Source: Candidatus Bathyarchaeota archaeon (lineage in GTDB: Archaea; Thermoproteota; Bathyarchaeia; Bathyarchaeales; Bathycorpusculaceae). Taken from it: 64,000 nt of DNA. A program made the position numbers and the translations under genes. Within the stretch, counting starts at the first letter, position 1, and the number at the start of each line of letters is the position of its first letter. This document shows positions 20,793 to 30,074 of the stretch, one piece after another. The notes beneath the pieces were generated by a model. That model had not been told where the DNA came from and made no database searches. It worked only from the letters and a program-made list of their open reading frames with translations. The stretch is taken from the NCBI GenBank assembly GCA_963828195.1, contig CAWHDT010000003.1:256001-320000 (forward strand), written 5' to 3'.

Positions 20793-21887
20793 GTGACTCA
20801 AGAAACTGAAAAATGCGACAGATTAGGCTTAACATTCAAAGACAAAATAAAAATAGGCAGCATCTACGCCGTTTTAGCCATCTTAACAGTTGTTTTAATG
20901 CTAACAGCAATAATGATCGGGTACAAATACGCCGTTCTAGCTGGGGTAGGTCTTGTTTCTTATTTGCTTGGGCTGCGGCATGCAGTCAACGCTGACCACA
21001 TCGCGGCAATCGACAACACCACCCGAAAACTATTGCAGCAAAACAAACGCCCCGTGACAGTGGGCATGTGGTTCTCACTTGGCCACTCAACCGTCGTGGT
21101 AGCGTTAACGGTTGCTTTAGTGCTTGCAACCCGAGCGGTTGTAAACGCGGTCCCGACGTTCGAAAGCGGAGGCGCCATAATTGGCACCGTGATTAGCGGA
21201 GTATTTCTATTCATCATTGGAATAGTCAACGTCCTCATTGTACTAGACGTGTACAAAACGTTCGCGGGCTTAAGAGACGGCAAGCTCACTGCAGCCCAGC
21301 TGGATGATGCCCTAAACAAAAATAGTTTCATGAGTAAAACTTTTGGAAAATTATTTAAAATTGTTAACGAGCCTTGGCAGATATATCCAGTGGGTGTTCT
21401 GTTCGGGTTAGGCTTTGATACAGCAACTCAGATTGCTCTGATCGCCATAACCATCGGTGTCAGCGGAAGCATACCCTTGTGGTATGTTCTTGTGCTGCCG
21501 CTTCTATTCACTGTAGGCATGGTTACAATTGACACTTCAGACGGCATTTCCATGCGGTGCGCGTACGGCTGGGCGTTCCTAAAGCCTATAAGAAAAATCT
21601 ACTACAACCTTACAATCACCATAATTTCCGTTTTAGTAGCATTCGCCATCGGAGGAATTGAGTTAATTCAAGTATTTGCGAGTGAACTTGGTTGGACAAG
21701 TGGCTTCTGGGGTTTCCTATCCACTCTTGATTTTGAAACCATGGGGTACGCAATTATAGCGATTTTCCTTGTTTCCTGGCTCGTCGCCATGGCTTACTAC
21801 CGATACAAAGGATACGAAAAAACCAGTTTCCCACCAAAAACGACCACTTGCCCCAGCGACGCCGCAGCCAAAGACATAGCCGTTTAA
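20793..21887 (+). CDS. High-affinity nickel/cobalt transporter (NiCoT, HoxN/NixA family)
   Basis: LGLRHAVNADHIAAIDN, FSLGHSTVV, LFGLGFDTAT, DTSDG, YGWAF..P.RKIYYN. Confidence 0.93.
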   Translation: MTQETEKCDRLGLTFKDKIKIGSIYAVLAILTVVLMLTAIMIGYKYAVLAGVGLVSYLLGLRHAVNADHIAAIDNTTRKLLQQNKRPVTVGMWFSLGHSTVVVALTVALVLATRAVVNAVPTFESGGAIIGTVISGVFLFIIGIVNVLIVLDVYKTFAGLRDGKLTAAQLDDALNKNSFMSKTFGKLFKIVNEPWQIYPVGVLFGLGFDTATQIALIAITIGVSGSIPLWYVLVLPLLFTVGMVTIDTSDGISMRCAYGWAFLKPIRKIYYNLTITIISVLVAFAIGGIELIQVFASELGWTSGFWGFLSTLDFETMGYAIIAIFLVSWLVAMAYYRYKGYEKTSFPPKTTTCPSDAAAKDIAV

Positions 21888-21962
21888 TTAACACTAACGT
21901 AAGCGAGGCAGAATTAGGGCAAAATTCAATAAACTCTAACACCTGCTAGAAAGCGAAGGAAA

Positions 21963-22400
21963 ATGCTTGAATCTAAAGAGTTCTCAGCAACAATTGAATT
22001 TGCCCGAAAGCTACACGGTCACGTGGGACCGTACTTGGTTATCGGCTTAAAGATGGGTGCTGCAGCCAAAAAAGCCCTAAGCATATCCGACACTGAACAC
22101 ATGCATCTGACCGCTGAAGCTGCTGTGCCCCTGCATCCGCCGTTTTCCTGCCTGCTGGACGGCATACAGGTCTCCACAACCTGCACAGTCGGCAACAGGA
22201 GACTCAAAATCAAGAGCTCAAAAAATATCCAAGCAACTTTCGGAAGCAAAAAGGACTCCAAGACAGTTAAAATTACTCTTGCCGATCACTTCAGTGAGCA
22301 ACTGCAGCAAAAACTAAAACAACACGCATTAAACGAAGCCTTCGCTTGGGAACTTGCGGATTTGCCTGAAAGCCAGCTATTCCACATTGCACTTGAGTAG
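21963..22400 (+). CDS. FmdE-family protein
   Basis: LHGHVGPYLVIGLKMG and SCLLDGIQVSTTCTVGN motifs. Confidence 0.85.
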   Translation: MLESKEFSATIEFARKLHGHVGPYLVIGLKMGAAAKKALSISDTEHMHLTAEAAVPLHPPFSCLLDGIQVSTTCTVGNRRLKIKSSKNIQATFGSKKDSKTVKITLADHFSEQLQQKLKQHALNEAFAWELADLPESQLFHIALE

Positions 22401-22417
22401 TTCAAGCTTAATTTTTG

Positions 22418-23551
22418 TTAGAATGCCCACCAGCCCAGCGCAAAAAAGACGGTGAAAAAGCACATTAACGCGGCTGACGCAAGCACTATAGCTATGTTGA
22501 CGGCTTTTCGCTCTGTAAATAAGCCCATGAGCATGAACATTGGAAACATCGCCATCACGTAGCGGGGAACGCTGATCCACCATGACGTGGAAACGGCGAG
22601 TGCCCAGGTAAGGAACATATAAACTGTGTAGACTGGGCGCATGCGGCGCCAAATCGCTACTCCAACCATAGCCAACCCGAAAACTGCGAAGACCAGCGGC
22701 GCCAACCCGATAGTGAGGTTGTCTGGGTAAGAGGCGTTTCTCGCCCACCAGTAAGCAGCCTCTAAACCCGCCTTAGGATCCAGCCTGTTAAACCAGTGTG
22801 TCGCCTCCACCGTCAAGAACGTGAAGGGGTTTCCCGTGACCTGATAGTTTATGCCTAGATAAATTAGGAAACCAGCTAAAGCCAGAAATGGCCAGAGAAC
22901 TCTGAGGTCGGTTTTTTTGGGGTTCCAGCCTTTCTGATGAAAATACTCCACCAGAAGCACGGGCAAAAGCAGAACCCCCTCCAGACGAGTTAAGGCGGCG
23001 CCTAAGCTGATTAATCCTGCAAGTTGCCATTTTCCCAGCCGTGCATAGTAGATGCTGGCGATAACTAACGCGAAAAATAGCCCTTCCGTGTATGGGACTG
23101 ACAGAAAATAGGCTGTGGGGAAGACGCTGAGGAAAAGCACGGCTTTCATGGCGACGGTTTCGTTGAATTCAAGTTTTGCAAGCTTGTAGAGGTAGAAGAA
23201 GGCTACTAGGCTGCTGGCGTTTGAGATTACTAGTGCGGAGAGGTTGATGTAGTTAAAGTCGTTGAAGGTGAATACACGGATGAGGATGGGGTATAGCGGA
23301 AAAAACACGATGAAGTTTGCTGCGTTGCCTGTGTTGACGTACCAGTTTTTTGCGATCGCTACGTAGTTGGAGGCGTCCCAGCGGTAAAACATGTTCATGA
23401 CAATTGTTAAAGGCGGGGCAGGTCCGCTGGTGAGAAGCGCTACTGCATAGCCAATTGTGAAAACCAGAATCTTCGCTAATACAACAAACAGAACTGCTAA
23501 TTTTGCTGAGCGAGGAACCTTTTGAATCAGGGCTTTAAAGTTGAGGTCCAC
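22418..23551 (-). CDS. GT-C mannosyltransferase (PIG-V / Mannosyl_trans2-like)
   Basis: RWDASNY..IAKNWY, FFPLYP, FPTAYFL..PYTEGLF, TR..G, PRY...FP motifs; polytopic. Confidence 0.85.
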   Translation of the reverse strand: MDLNFKALIQKVPRSAKLAVLFVVLAKILVFTIGYAVALLTSGPAPPLTIVMNMFYRWDASNYVAIAKNWYVNTGNAANFIVFFPLYPILIRVFTFNDFNYINLSALVISNASSLVAFFYLYKLAKLEFNETVAMKAVLFLSVFPTAYFLSVPYTEGLFFALVIASIYYARLGKWQLAGLISLGAALTRLEGVLLLPVLLVEYFHQKGWNPKKTDLRVLWPFLALAGFLIYLGINYQVTGNPFTFLTVEATHWFNRLDPKAGLEAAYWWARNASYPDNLTIGLAPLVFAVFGLAMVGVAIWRRMRPVYTVYMFLTWALAVSTSWWISVPRYVMAMFPMFMLMGLFTERKAVNIAIVLASAALMCFFTVFFALGWWAF

Positions 23552-23693
23552 GGCTTATTACCTTTTCGCGCTTTAACTTCTTATTCTTGGCAAACCAAAT
23601 AATAAAGGCACAGATTTTTTGTGCAGATTTTCACGAACGATTTATATCAAACAAAACTTAGACTTATATTAGCATTAAAGGAGTTAAAAACAA

Positions 23694-24020
23694 ATGAGTA
23701 TTGAACCTTTCCACGTAACAGACGCAAACTTTGAAGAAACCCTCAAGAAGAACAAACTGGTTTTTGTGGATTTCTGGGCTAATTGGTGTGGACCCTGCCG
23801 AGCTTTGGCCCCAACGGTTGTGGAACTATCAAAAGAGTACAGTGGCAAAATCTTAATCGGCAAACTTGATGTAGACGAGAACCCCGCGACGGCTGAGCGC
23901 TTCCAAGTTTTCAGCATACCCACCATGATAATTTTCAAAGACGGCACAGAAGCGGAAAGACTCGTTGGCTTATGCCCGAAAAATAAAATCGCGGAAACTC
24001 TAAAGAAACATTCAGAGTAG
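23694..24020 (+). CDS. trxA: Thioredoxin
   Basis: DFWANWCGPC active site, SIPT cis-Pro motif. Confidence 0.96.
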   Translation: MSIEPFHVTDANFEETLKKNKLVFVDFWANWCGPCRALAPTVVELSKEYSGKILIGKLDVDENPATAERFQVFSIPTMIIFKDGTEAERLVGLCPKNKIAETLKKHSE

Positions 24021-24021
24021 C

Positions 24022-24666
24022 TTAAGCGCTTTTCATTTTTTCATACATTTTCTCAAAAGTCCAGCGGATGCTCGACTTAAGCTCTTTAAGCCGTTCCTCA
24101 TCTACATTTTTGATTATTATTTCGCGTATCAAGTCGCCCTCACGCACAATGTTGTAGGAGAACATTTTATCCGCCGCCAACTGCTTTGCCTTAACTAACT
24201 CGACGTCTTTCTCCTGCATTTTAGCGAAGACTTTTTCAACAAGAAAATTGGTGAAAGGCGGCGTGTTTACGCTGAAGTTTTTGCTTTCATCAGGCATCAC
24301 ATGCATGCCCTGTTTGTCAAAAATGATGAGCGCCAACGGTTCATCAGCCATGGTTTTGAGGGGGATGACGCTTTCCTGCTCGGGCATATGCTGCGTAGCA
24401 GGTTTGGGTGTTTCAGGCGGGTATTGAATGACAACTTTTTGGGGTTCAGGCTCAGCTTTTGGCAAAACCACCTCTTTAGGCACGGAAGCCTCAGAGATTT
24501 CTTTGATGTCCCCGCGCCTGAAGCCTTTGTCAAGCAAAATAGCGTTAACTGTGTCTAATGCAGCTTGGATCTCTTTGGATTCAGCGGTTAATTTTTCCAG
24601 CTGCTCTTCCATCCGCTTCTTAAATGCGATAAGGGACTTAATTTTTTCTTGGTCTTGAGCCAACAT
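24022..24666 (-). CDS. Hypothetical protein (N-terminal coiled coil, Pro-rich linker, globular C-terminal domain)
   Basis: 214-aa ORF with normal composition; GTGA SD; C-terminal ELKSSIRWTFEKM looks like a conserved TACK hypothetical (from memory). Confidence 0.75.
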   Translation of the reverse strand: MLAQDQEKIKSLIAFKKRMEEQLEKLTAESKEIQAALDTVNAILLDKGFRRGDIKEISEASVPKEVVLPKAEPEPQKVVIQYPPETPKPATQHMPEQESVIPLKTMADEPLALIIFDKQGMHVMPDESKNFSVNTPPFTNFLVEKVFAKMQEKDVELVKAKQLAADKMFSYNIVREGDLIREIIIKNVDEERLKELKSSIRWTFEKMYEKMKSA

Positions 24667-24759
24667 GATTCACGCCCGCCTAACTATTTAGCGCTTTATG
24701 CTTATCAGTTTTAGCTTTTCCGTTTAAGCTTAACTCTTCGCAAGCAACTTCTTTGGAGC

Positions 24760-25380
24760 TTAAGCTGGCGGGGTACCGAAGACGTCAAGGTTGAGTTCGT
24801 AATGGTTGATGTTTCTGTTGGCGGTTGACATCCAGATTTCGACAGAACCCGTTTCCCCACTGTTTAGGCCAATATACGCGGTAAGAAACGGACCCACAAA
24901 CGGGTTCGTGGGGCTAACATCGTTTGCTTTGATAGTGCTATTTTGGGTATAGAGGGTTGCAGTCAGAAAAATATAGGCGTAACTGTCTTGGGATAGCGGC
25001 AGAGGATTTTCTGGGCTGTAATCGTTTCTTAATGTGGCGTTTACTATGAAAATCGGGTCGCCTTTGCTGATTTCGTTGCCCCCGGCAGGGTTAGGCGACT
25101 TGATAGTCTGGTTAGCGTACCCGTAATAAGTGGTTGCGGATACCAAAAAGATTCTTGTTGCTGACTCAAAAACTGTTCCCGCACCTGTATTTGAGATGGT
25201 TTGATAAACATATCCTGGCAGATACTGGGGGCTTAACTGCTCCACATTGGTTGCTGGCGCAGGCGGGGTAGTGTGAGGTGGCTCCAGTTTACTCTGCAAA
25301 ATGGGAAACCAGAATATTCCGCTAACTGCAATCGCTGCAATCAAGACAACCGCTGCGATTATTTTTTGATTTTTATTCAT
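24760..25380 (-). CDS. Hypothetical membrane-anchored/exported protein
   Basis: N-terminal TM helix, Pro/Thr linker, beta-rich domain with sequons. Confidence 0.7.
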   Translation of the reverse strand: MNKNQKIIAAVVLIAAIAVSGIFWFPILQSKLEPPHTTPPAPATNVEQLSPQYLPGYVYQTISNTGAGTVFESATRIFLVSATTYYGYANQTIKSPNPAGGNEISKGDPIFIVNATLRNDYSPENPLPLSQDSYAYIFLTATLYTQNSTIKANDVSPTNPFVGPFLTAYIGLNSGETGSVEIWMSTANRNINHYELNLDVFGTPPA

Positions 25381-25619
25381 GCAATCACAGCTGTCTTGGA
25401 AAGAGTGTTTAGACGTCTTATTATTTAATTCTAAGCTTTAGAACACGAATTTGCCGGTTAAGTTGCTGAAGGAAGACTTCTTTCAAACTGAAACTTGCTA
25501 TGGCCTTAAAGACGTATGGACGGTTGACCAATCCATAGCTAAAGATTGTTCAGGCATGTTGCTAAACCCTTGTTTGCATCAAACAATTTTTAAACAACAT
25601 AAGATACAATAACCATGAA

Positions 25620-25916
25620 ATGAAATCTCTTGAACAGGTAAAATCGCAGATAGAAGCCCTTAAACCGGTACTTCAAGAACGCTTCAACGTTAAAACCATA
25701 GAAATCTTCGGCTCCTACGCACGAAACGAGGCGTCAGAGAAAAGTGACATTGACCTTCTTATAACTTATTTAACGAATGACTACGACCATTCTGTTGTGT
25801 TCGCGTTGAAAAGTTACCTTAGGAGAAAACTCGGTCTCAAAGTAGATGTTATATCAAAAGAATTTCTTAATCCCAATATAAAAGATCAGGTACTGAAAGA
25901 AGCCGTCATGGTATGA
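25620..25916 (+). CDS. Minimal nucleotidyltransferase (MNT) antitoxin
   Basis: FGSYARNEASEKSDIDLL (GS-x10-DxD), KVDVI; overlaps the HEPN gene by ATGA. Confidence 0.92.
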   Translation: MKSLEQVKSQIEALKPVLQERFNVKTIEIFGSYARNEASEKSDIDLLITYLTNDYDHSVVFALKSYLRRKLGLKVDVISKEFLNPNIKDQVLKEAVMV

Positions 25917-26278
25917 GTAAAACCGCTGTAAGAGACCCTAAATTATACGTCAAAGAAATAATTGAGCATACGGGGTACATCGAAGAATATACCCGAGGTT
26001 TTACATATGAAGGATTCATCAAAGATAGAAAAACCATTGATGCGGTAGATAAAAACTTGGAAATAATCGGAGAAGCGATGAACAAACTATCAAAAACAAA
26101 GGACATACGAGCCAAACTGTATTATTATCGTATAAACTGGAAAATGTTAAAAGATTTACGCAATAGCCTTAGCCATGAATATTTTAGCCGAGACATAACT
26201 GACATTTGGAGAACGGCAACTTCCGTGTTACCTGCCCTAAAGCCTCAATTTCAAAAGCTTTTAGAAGATCTGAAATAA
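25913..26278 (+). CDS. HEPN (DUF86) ribonuclease toxin
   Basis: DAVDKNLEIIGEA and LRNSLSHEY (R-x4-H-x-Y) motifs. Confidence 0.92.
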   Translation: MSKTAVRDPKLYVKEIIEHTGYIEEYTRGFTYEGFIKDRKTIDAVDKNLEIIGEAMNKLSKTKDIRAKLYYYRINWKMLKDLRNSLSHEYFSRDITDIWRTATSVLPALKPQFQKLLEDLK

Positions 26279-26314
26279 AATAAAACTGGGTTAACACTTA
26301 TTCTTGTATCCTAT

Positions 26315-28087
26315 CTACGCCTGCGGTGCCTCGCTGATTTTCTTTAGCTGTGCACGATACATCTCAACAATCTCTTTAGAGGTAGTGGCGTCTTCGGGAG
26401 CTTTGTCGGTTCGGTATTTGCCCGTGAAACGTGGAAAACGAATCGCCAAGCCCGCGCCCTTGCGTATTGAATCCATGGCGCACATATGAATGGGGCTCAG
26501 GGTGACTTCGGCGCCTAAAATCTCAAGCACCAAGTTTGGTTCAAACCACACGTCTGCCTCCAGCATCGATTGGACGCGGGAGTTTTTGCGGGGGATTACA
26601 TGTTTCTGAAGCGTTTCATGCAGGGTTGCGAGGTCTTTGTCGGTGAAGCCTGTGCCGCACTTGGTGACGGTTTCAAAAGTGTCCTTCTCAGCGTTGTAGG
26701 TGGCCAGTAGCAATGCGCCGTATGCCCCTGCCCGTTTTCCTCTTCCATGAAAAGCGCCGACCACGACTAGGTCAACGGTGTCGGTCATTTCGCTTTTGTA
26801 GTCCCGCTTGTATTTTATCCATAGCCACCCGCGGCTTCCCGCCTGGTAAACTGATTCTTTGCTGATGGATTTGCACATTAAGCCTTCGCAGCCTTCCGCT
26901 ATGGCTTGCTCAAAGAAGTCCTCGAGCGCTTTTTGGTTGCTGACAACTTTTTGGATGGCGGGTGTCACTCGGTCGGTTTTTTTAATTATTTTTTCCAGTT
27001 CTTTTCGTCTCTGGGGTAAAGGTTCAAGGGTTAAGTCTCTGCCGTCAACGTAGAGCAGGTCAAAGGGGAAAAGCGAAATCGGGTACTGCTCAATCGCTGC
27101 TTCTACGCCGTATTTGCGTCGGCGATGCATCAGCTCTTGGAAAGGACGCATATCGCCTGTTTCCAGATCCATCGCCACGCATTCAGCCTCCAAAATCACT
27201 TCTTTCGCCGAGATTTTTTCTTTGATTAAATCCACTGCGTCAGGGTATTGGCTGGAAATGTTTTCTAAACGCCTGGAAAAAAGCACTACTTTGCCGTCTT
27301 TCTTGTGCGCCTGCACCCGTTCCCCGTCATACTTGTACTCTGCGGCGCATTTGCCGCCTAACTTCGCCAAAATCTCATCAGGAGAAGGCAACCGCTCAGC
27401 CAGCATCGGTCGAATCGGCTCAAAAACCACAACTTGAAACTTTTTTATTCCCTCCAACCCCTTCTCCACAACTACATCTGCGACTCTGCCCAGATCCGAA
27501 GAAATGCTGTAAGCGCGCTCAACAAGTTCCCGAGCTTCTTTTCCGCCGCCGTACGCTATCGCTAAGGCGTCGAGAACAGTCATGTCCGCGATGCCAAGCC
27601 TCAGGTTGCTTGTCACGATGCGGATTATCCATTTTGCCTCGTTTGGCGAAGCATCTGTTAGGAGGCTGCAGAGAAGCGCCATTTTGGTGTCCACAGCGCC
27701 GGAGCCTGAGGTTTTAGCCATCTTATCAAGCGTCTCATAAACGTGCTCAACCGTCAGCTTCTTCGTGAAGAACGTGGATTGTTTCCGTTTAGCCAAAAGT
27801 TTCTCGGATGTTTTGCCGATGTCCCCGCTACTCTGCAGCTCCGACAGAATAACGCTTTCGCTTTGTCCAGACGCTCGGGCTAACGCTTTTACAGCAAGTT
27901 TCTCGGCGATACCCATCTCCACACCCACGAAATCAGGGTACAATTTGCCCTGCGTCAAATAAACCACTTTTGCAATGGCATCTTTAGGGGTTTTCTTAAG
28001 CAACTCAACAAGTAAATCCGTCATTTCTAACCGTTTGGTTGTTGCTTCAATTTTCTCATAAGCATCAGCGATAACAGCATAATCCAT
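26315..28087 (-). CDS. lig: ATP-dependent DNA ligase
   Basis: PMLAE, EYKYDGERVQ, EGLMCK, WIKYKRDY, RFPRF motifs. Confidence 0.98.
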   Translation of the reverse strand: MDYAVIADAYEKIEATTKRLEMTDLLVELLKKTPKDAIAKVVYLTQGKLYPDFVGVEMGIAEKLAVKALARASGQSESVILSELQSSGDIGKTSEKLLAKRKQSTFFTKKLTVEHVYETLDKMAKTSGSGAVDTKMALLCSLLTDASPNEAKWIIRIVTSNLRLGIADMTVLDALAIAYGGGKEARELVERAYSISSDLGRVADVVVEKGLEGIKKFQVVVFEPIRPMLAERLPSPDEILAKLGGKCAAEYKYDGERVQAHKKDGKVVLFSRRLENISSQYPDAVDLIKEKISAKEVILEAECVAMDLETGDMRPFQELMHRRRKYGVEAAIEQYPISLFPFDLLYVDGRDLTLEPLPQRRKELEKIIKKTDRVTPAIQKVVSNQKALEDFFEQAIAEGCEGLMCKSISKESVYQAGSRGWLWIKYKRDYKSEMTDTVDLVVVGAFHGRGKRAGAYGALLLATYNAEKDTFETVTKCGTGFTDKDLATLHETLQKHVIPRKNSRVQSMLEADVWFEPNLVLEILGAEVTLSPIHMCAMDSIRKGAGLAIRFPRFTGKYRTDKAPEDATTSKEIVEMYRAQLKKISEAPQA

Positions 28088-28191
28088 AATTTCCGCTCAA
28101 AATAATAGATAATAAATGTCTTATTAAAATTAATCAAGCGTAGATTTACCAGAGCAGCATTGTTGTCAGAGTACAGTTTTTAGAAAAAGGT

Positions 28192-29805
28192 TTAGCCGGG
28201 AGCAGGAGAATTTACTTTTCTCTTGCGAGCAAGAACTAACACCGCAATTACCAATGCTATTATGATACCTATTGACGTTAGCAAAGCTATTTGTGTCCAG
28301 TTTAAGCTTAGCTGATTTTTAGTTTGTGTGACGACTTGATTTGGGGTTGCTGAGGGGCTTTGTGGAGACGGCGAAGGTGTATAATATGTGTATGATGGGG
28401 AAGTTGTTGGCTGGGGTGTGGGTTGTGGTGTTGGCAAGGCGATAGATGTTGGTAGGGGAGCGGTTAGGTCAGGCATTGCCTGTGTGTTCGGGGCTGTTAA
28501 GAAGGGAACGAATGTGACTGTGCCTAAATTGTAGTTGTCTTTGGAGTCATGGATTGTTTGGTTGATTGCTTGCTGGTCAATTGTTCCCCACCAGTTGTAT
28601 GAAGCATTGATGTCGCCGCCACTTTGTAAGTAAACGCTGTTCTGAGTGTTGTTTTCGATGTTGTTGTAGCTAAAATTTGTAGGCGGTTGATAAAGTCCCA
28701 CGCTATTGTTTGAAACTGTGTTATTCTGAAAAACCACGTTATTGTATTGAATCTGCATGCCATACTGGTTGTTGGTGATTAAATTATTTTCAATAAATAA
28801 GTTTGTCTCAACAGGCAAAACATTATTTATTTCATTAAAAATATTGCCGTTCTCAGTTGTCAAGATGCCGACCGTTGAACCAGAAATAATATTGTTCTCA
28901 ATCACACAATTACCGCCTCCTGAGGGAACAACAATTCCGTTGGTTCCACCTTCAATGGTATTACCGGAAATCGTGCCACTTCCTCCTGTAAGGATGATTC
29001 CGCCGGCAACGGAATTATCAAGGATGTCAGATCCACCGTAAATCCCCGTAGCAATGCTGTTGTTGGAAATTGTCGCCGAAGCTGGTATGCCCGTGGTTGA
29101 GGCAATTTGAACTCCATAATATATTTTGGAGTTCCCTTCGCCCTGAAATGCTGCACCATAAGTGTTACTGGTTGTTATTGTGTTGCCCGAAATAATTGGC
29201 GAGCCCCCTTGAACACTAATTACGCCAGTAATTAAATTCCCTGAAATTACAGGTGAGTCATAACCATTAATGAAAACGCTTCCGTTAATTGTGTTGTCTG
29301 AAATTAAAGGGGCGCTGCCGAATATTTCAATCCCCGATATGACATCATTCTCAAATTGCGGACTGCCGCCATAAACTTGCAGTCCAATTGTCGAAATAAT
29401 TGCGTTCTCAATAATTCCGCCAGAACCTGTTTCGTTTGAACTATCAATGGCATTTAGCACAAGTGACGCGTAAACAGAGGAGACTGCGTTGATGTAAATG
29501 GGATTATTGTTTGTTCCCTGAGCCATTAATGTGCCGTTTACCGTCAGACAATAAGTGCCGATGTTCACAGTTACGCCGGCATCAATCGTCAGGGTTACAC
29601 CTGTTGCCACGCCTACTGGTCCCGTGAGCGTGTAGGGGCTTCCCGCAAGGTTCCATGTGGTATCTTGGCTTATTATGTAGCTGGGAACGTTTGTGCCTGA
29701 ACCCTGCGCCTTGCACAAGTAAACATTGCTCACCGATGCAATTGAAAAGGTGATTAAAAATATCAAGAGAAAACTCAGTAGCCATAACTTACTCATTTTT
29801 CTCAT
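28192..29805 (-). CDS. Right-handed beta-helix surface protein with Pro/Thr linker and C-terminal TM anchor
   Basis: Signal peptide; DTTWNLAGSPY..VTLTIDAGV; ISGNxI repeats; NASYNWWGT; PTPQPTPQP linker; TM + RKRK. Confidence 0.85.
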   Translation of the reverse strand: MRKMSKLWLLSFLLIFLITFSIASVSNVYLCKAQGSGTNVPSYIISQDTTWNLAGSPYTLTGPVGVATGVTLTIDAGVTVNIGTYCLTVNGTLMAQGTNNNPIYINAVSSVYASLVLNAIDSSNETGSGGIIENAIISTIGLQVYGGSPQFENDVISGIEIFGSAPLISDNTINGSVFINGYDSPVISGNLITGVISVQGGSPIISGNTITTSNTYGAAFQGEGNSKIYYGVQIASTTGIPASATISNNSIATGIYGGSDILDNSVAGGIILTGGSGTISGNTIEGGTNGIVVPSGGGNCVIENNIISGSTVGILTTENGNIFNEINNVLPVETNLFIENNLITNNQYGMQIQYNNVVFQNNTVSNNSVGLYQPPTNFSYNNIENNTQNSVYLQSGGDINASYNWWGTIDQQAINQTIHDSKDNYNLGTVTFVPFLTAPNTQAMPDLTAPLPTSIALPTPQPTPQPTTSPSYTYYTPSPSPQSPSATPNQVVTQTKNQLSLNWTQIALLTSIGIIIALVIAVLVLARKRKVNSPAPG

Positions 29806-29850
29806 CCCAACCTACAAGAAGTGATGGGCTTGCTCTCGTTTAATAAGTTT

Positions 29851-29896
29851 TCAGTTAAAATATTTTGACTGACCTTAGTCAACATTTCTTTACTAA
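29851..29896. promoter_or_regulatory. Second pair of the 22-bp palindromic operator-like sites
   Basis: TCAGTTAAA-ATAT-TTTGACTGA (29851-72) and TTAGTCAAC-ATTT-CTTTACTAA (29875-96), abutting minus-strand BRE/TATA GAAAACTTATTAAA. Confidence 0.65.
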
Positions 29897-30074
29897 CTTA
29901 AGATTGAGAATATAAGTCTCCAATCAGGAAAATGAAAATTTATAAATTTAAAAATCGCTAATTGATGTATTCTAACTGTTTAGAGTTGCTTCAATTTTCT
30001 CGTACGACTCAGCGATTACGGCGTAATCCATGTTTTCCACTCAAAAGAAATACTGATTGTGGAAGTTATTAAAA

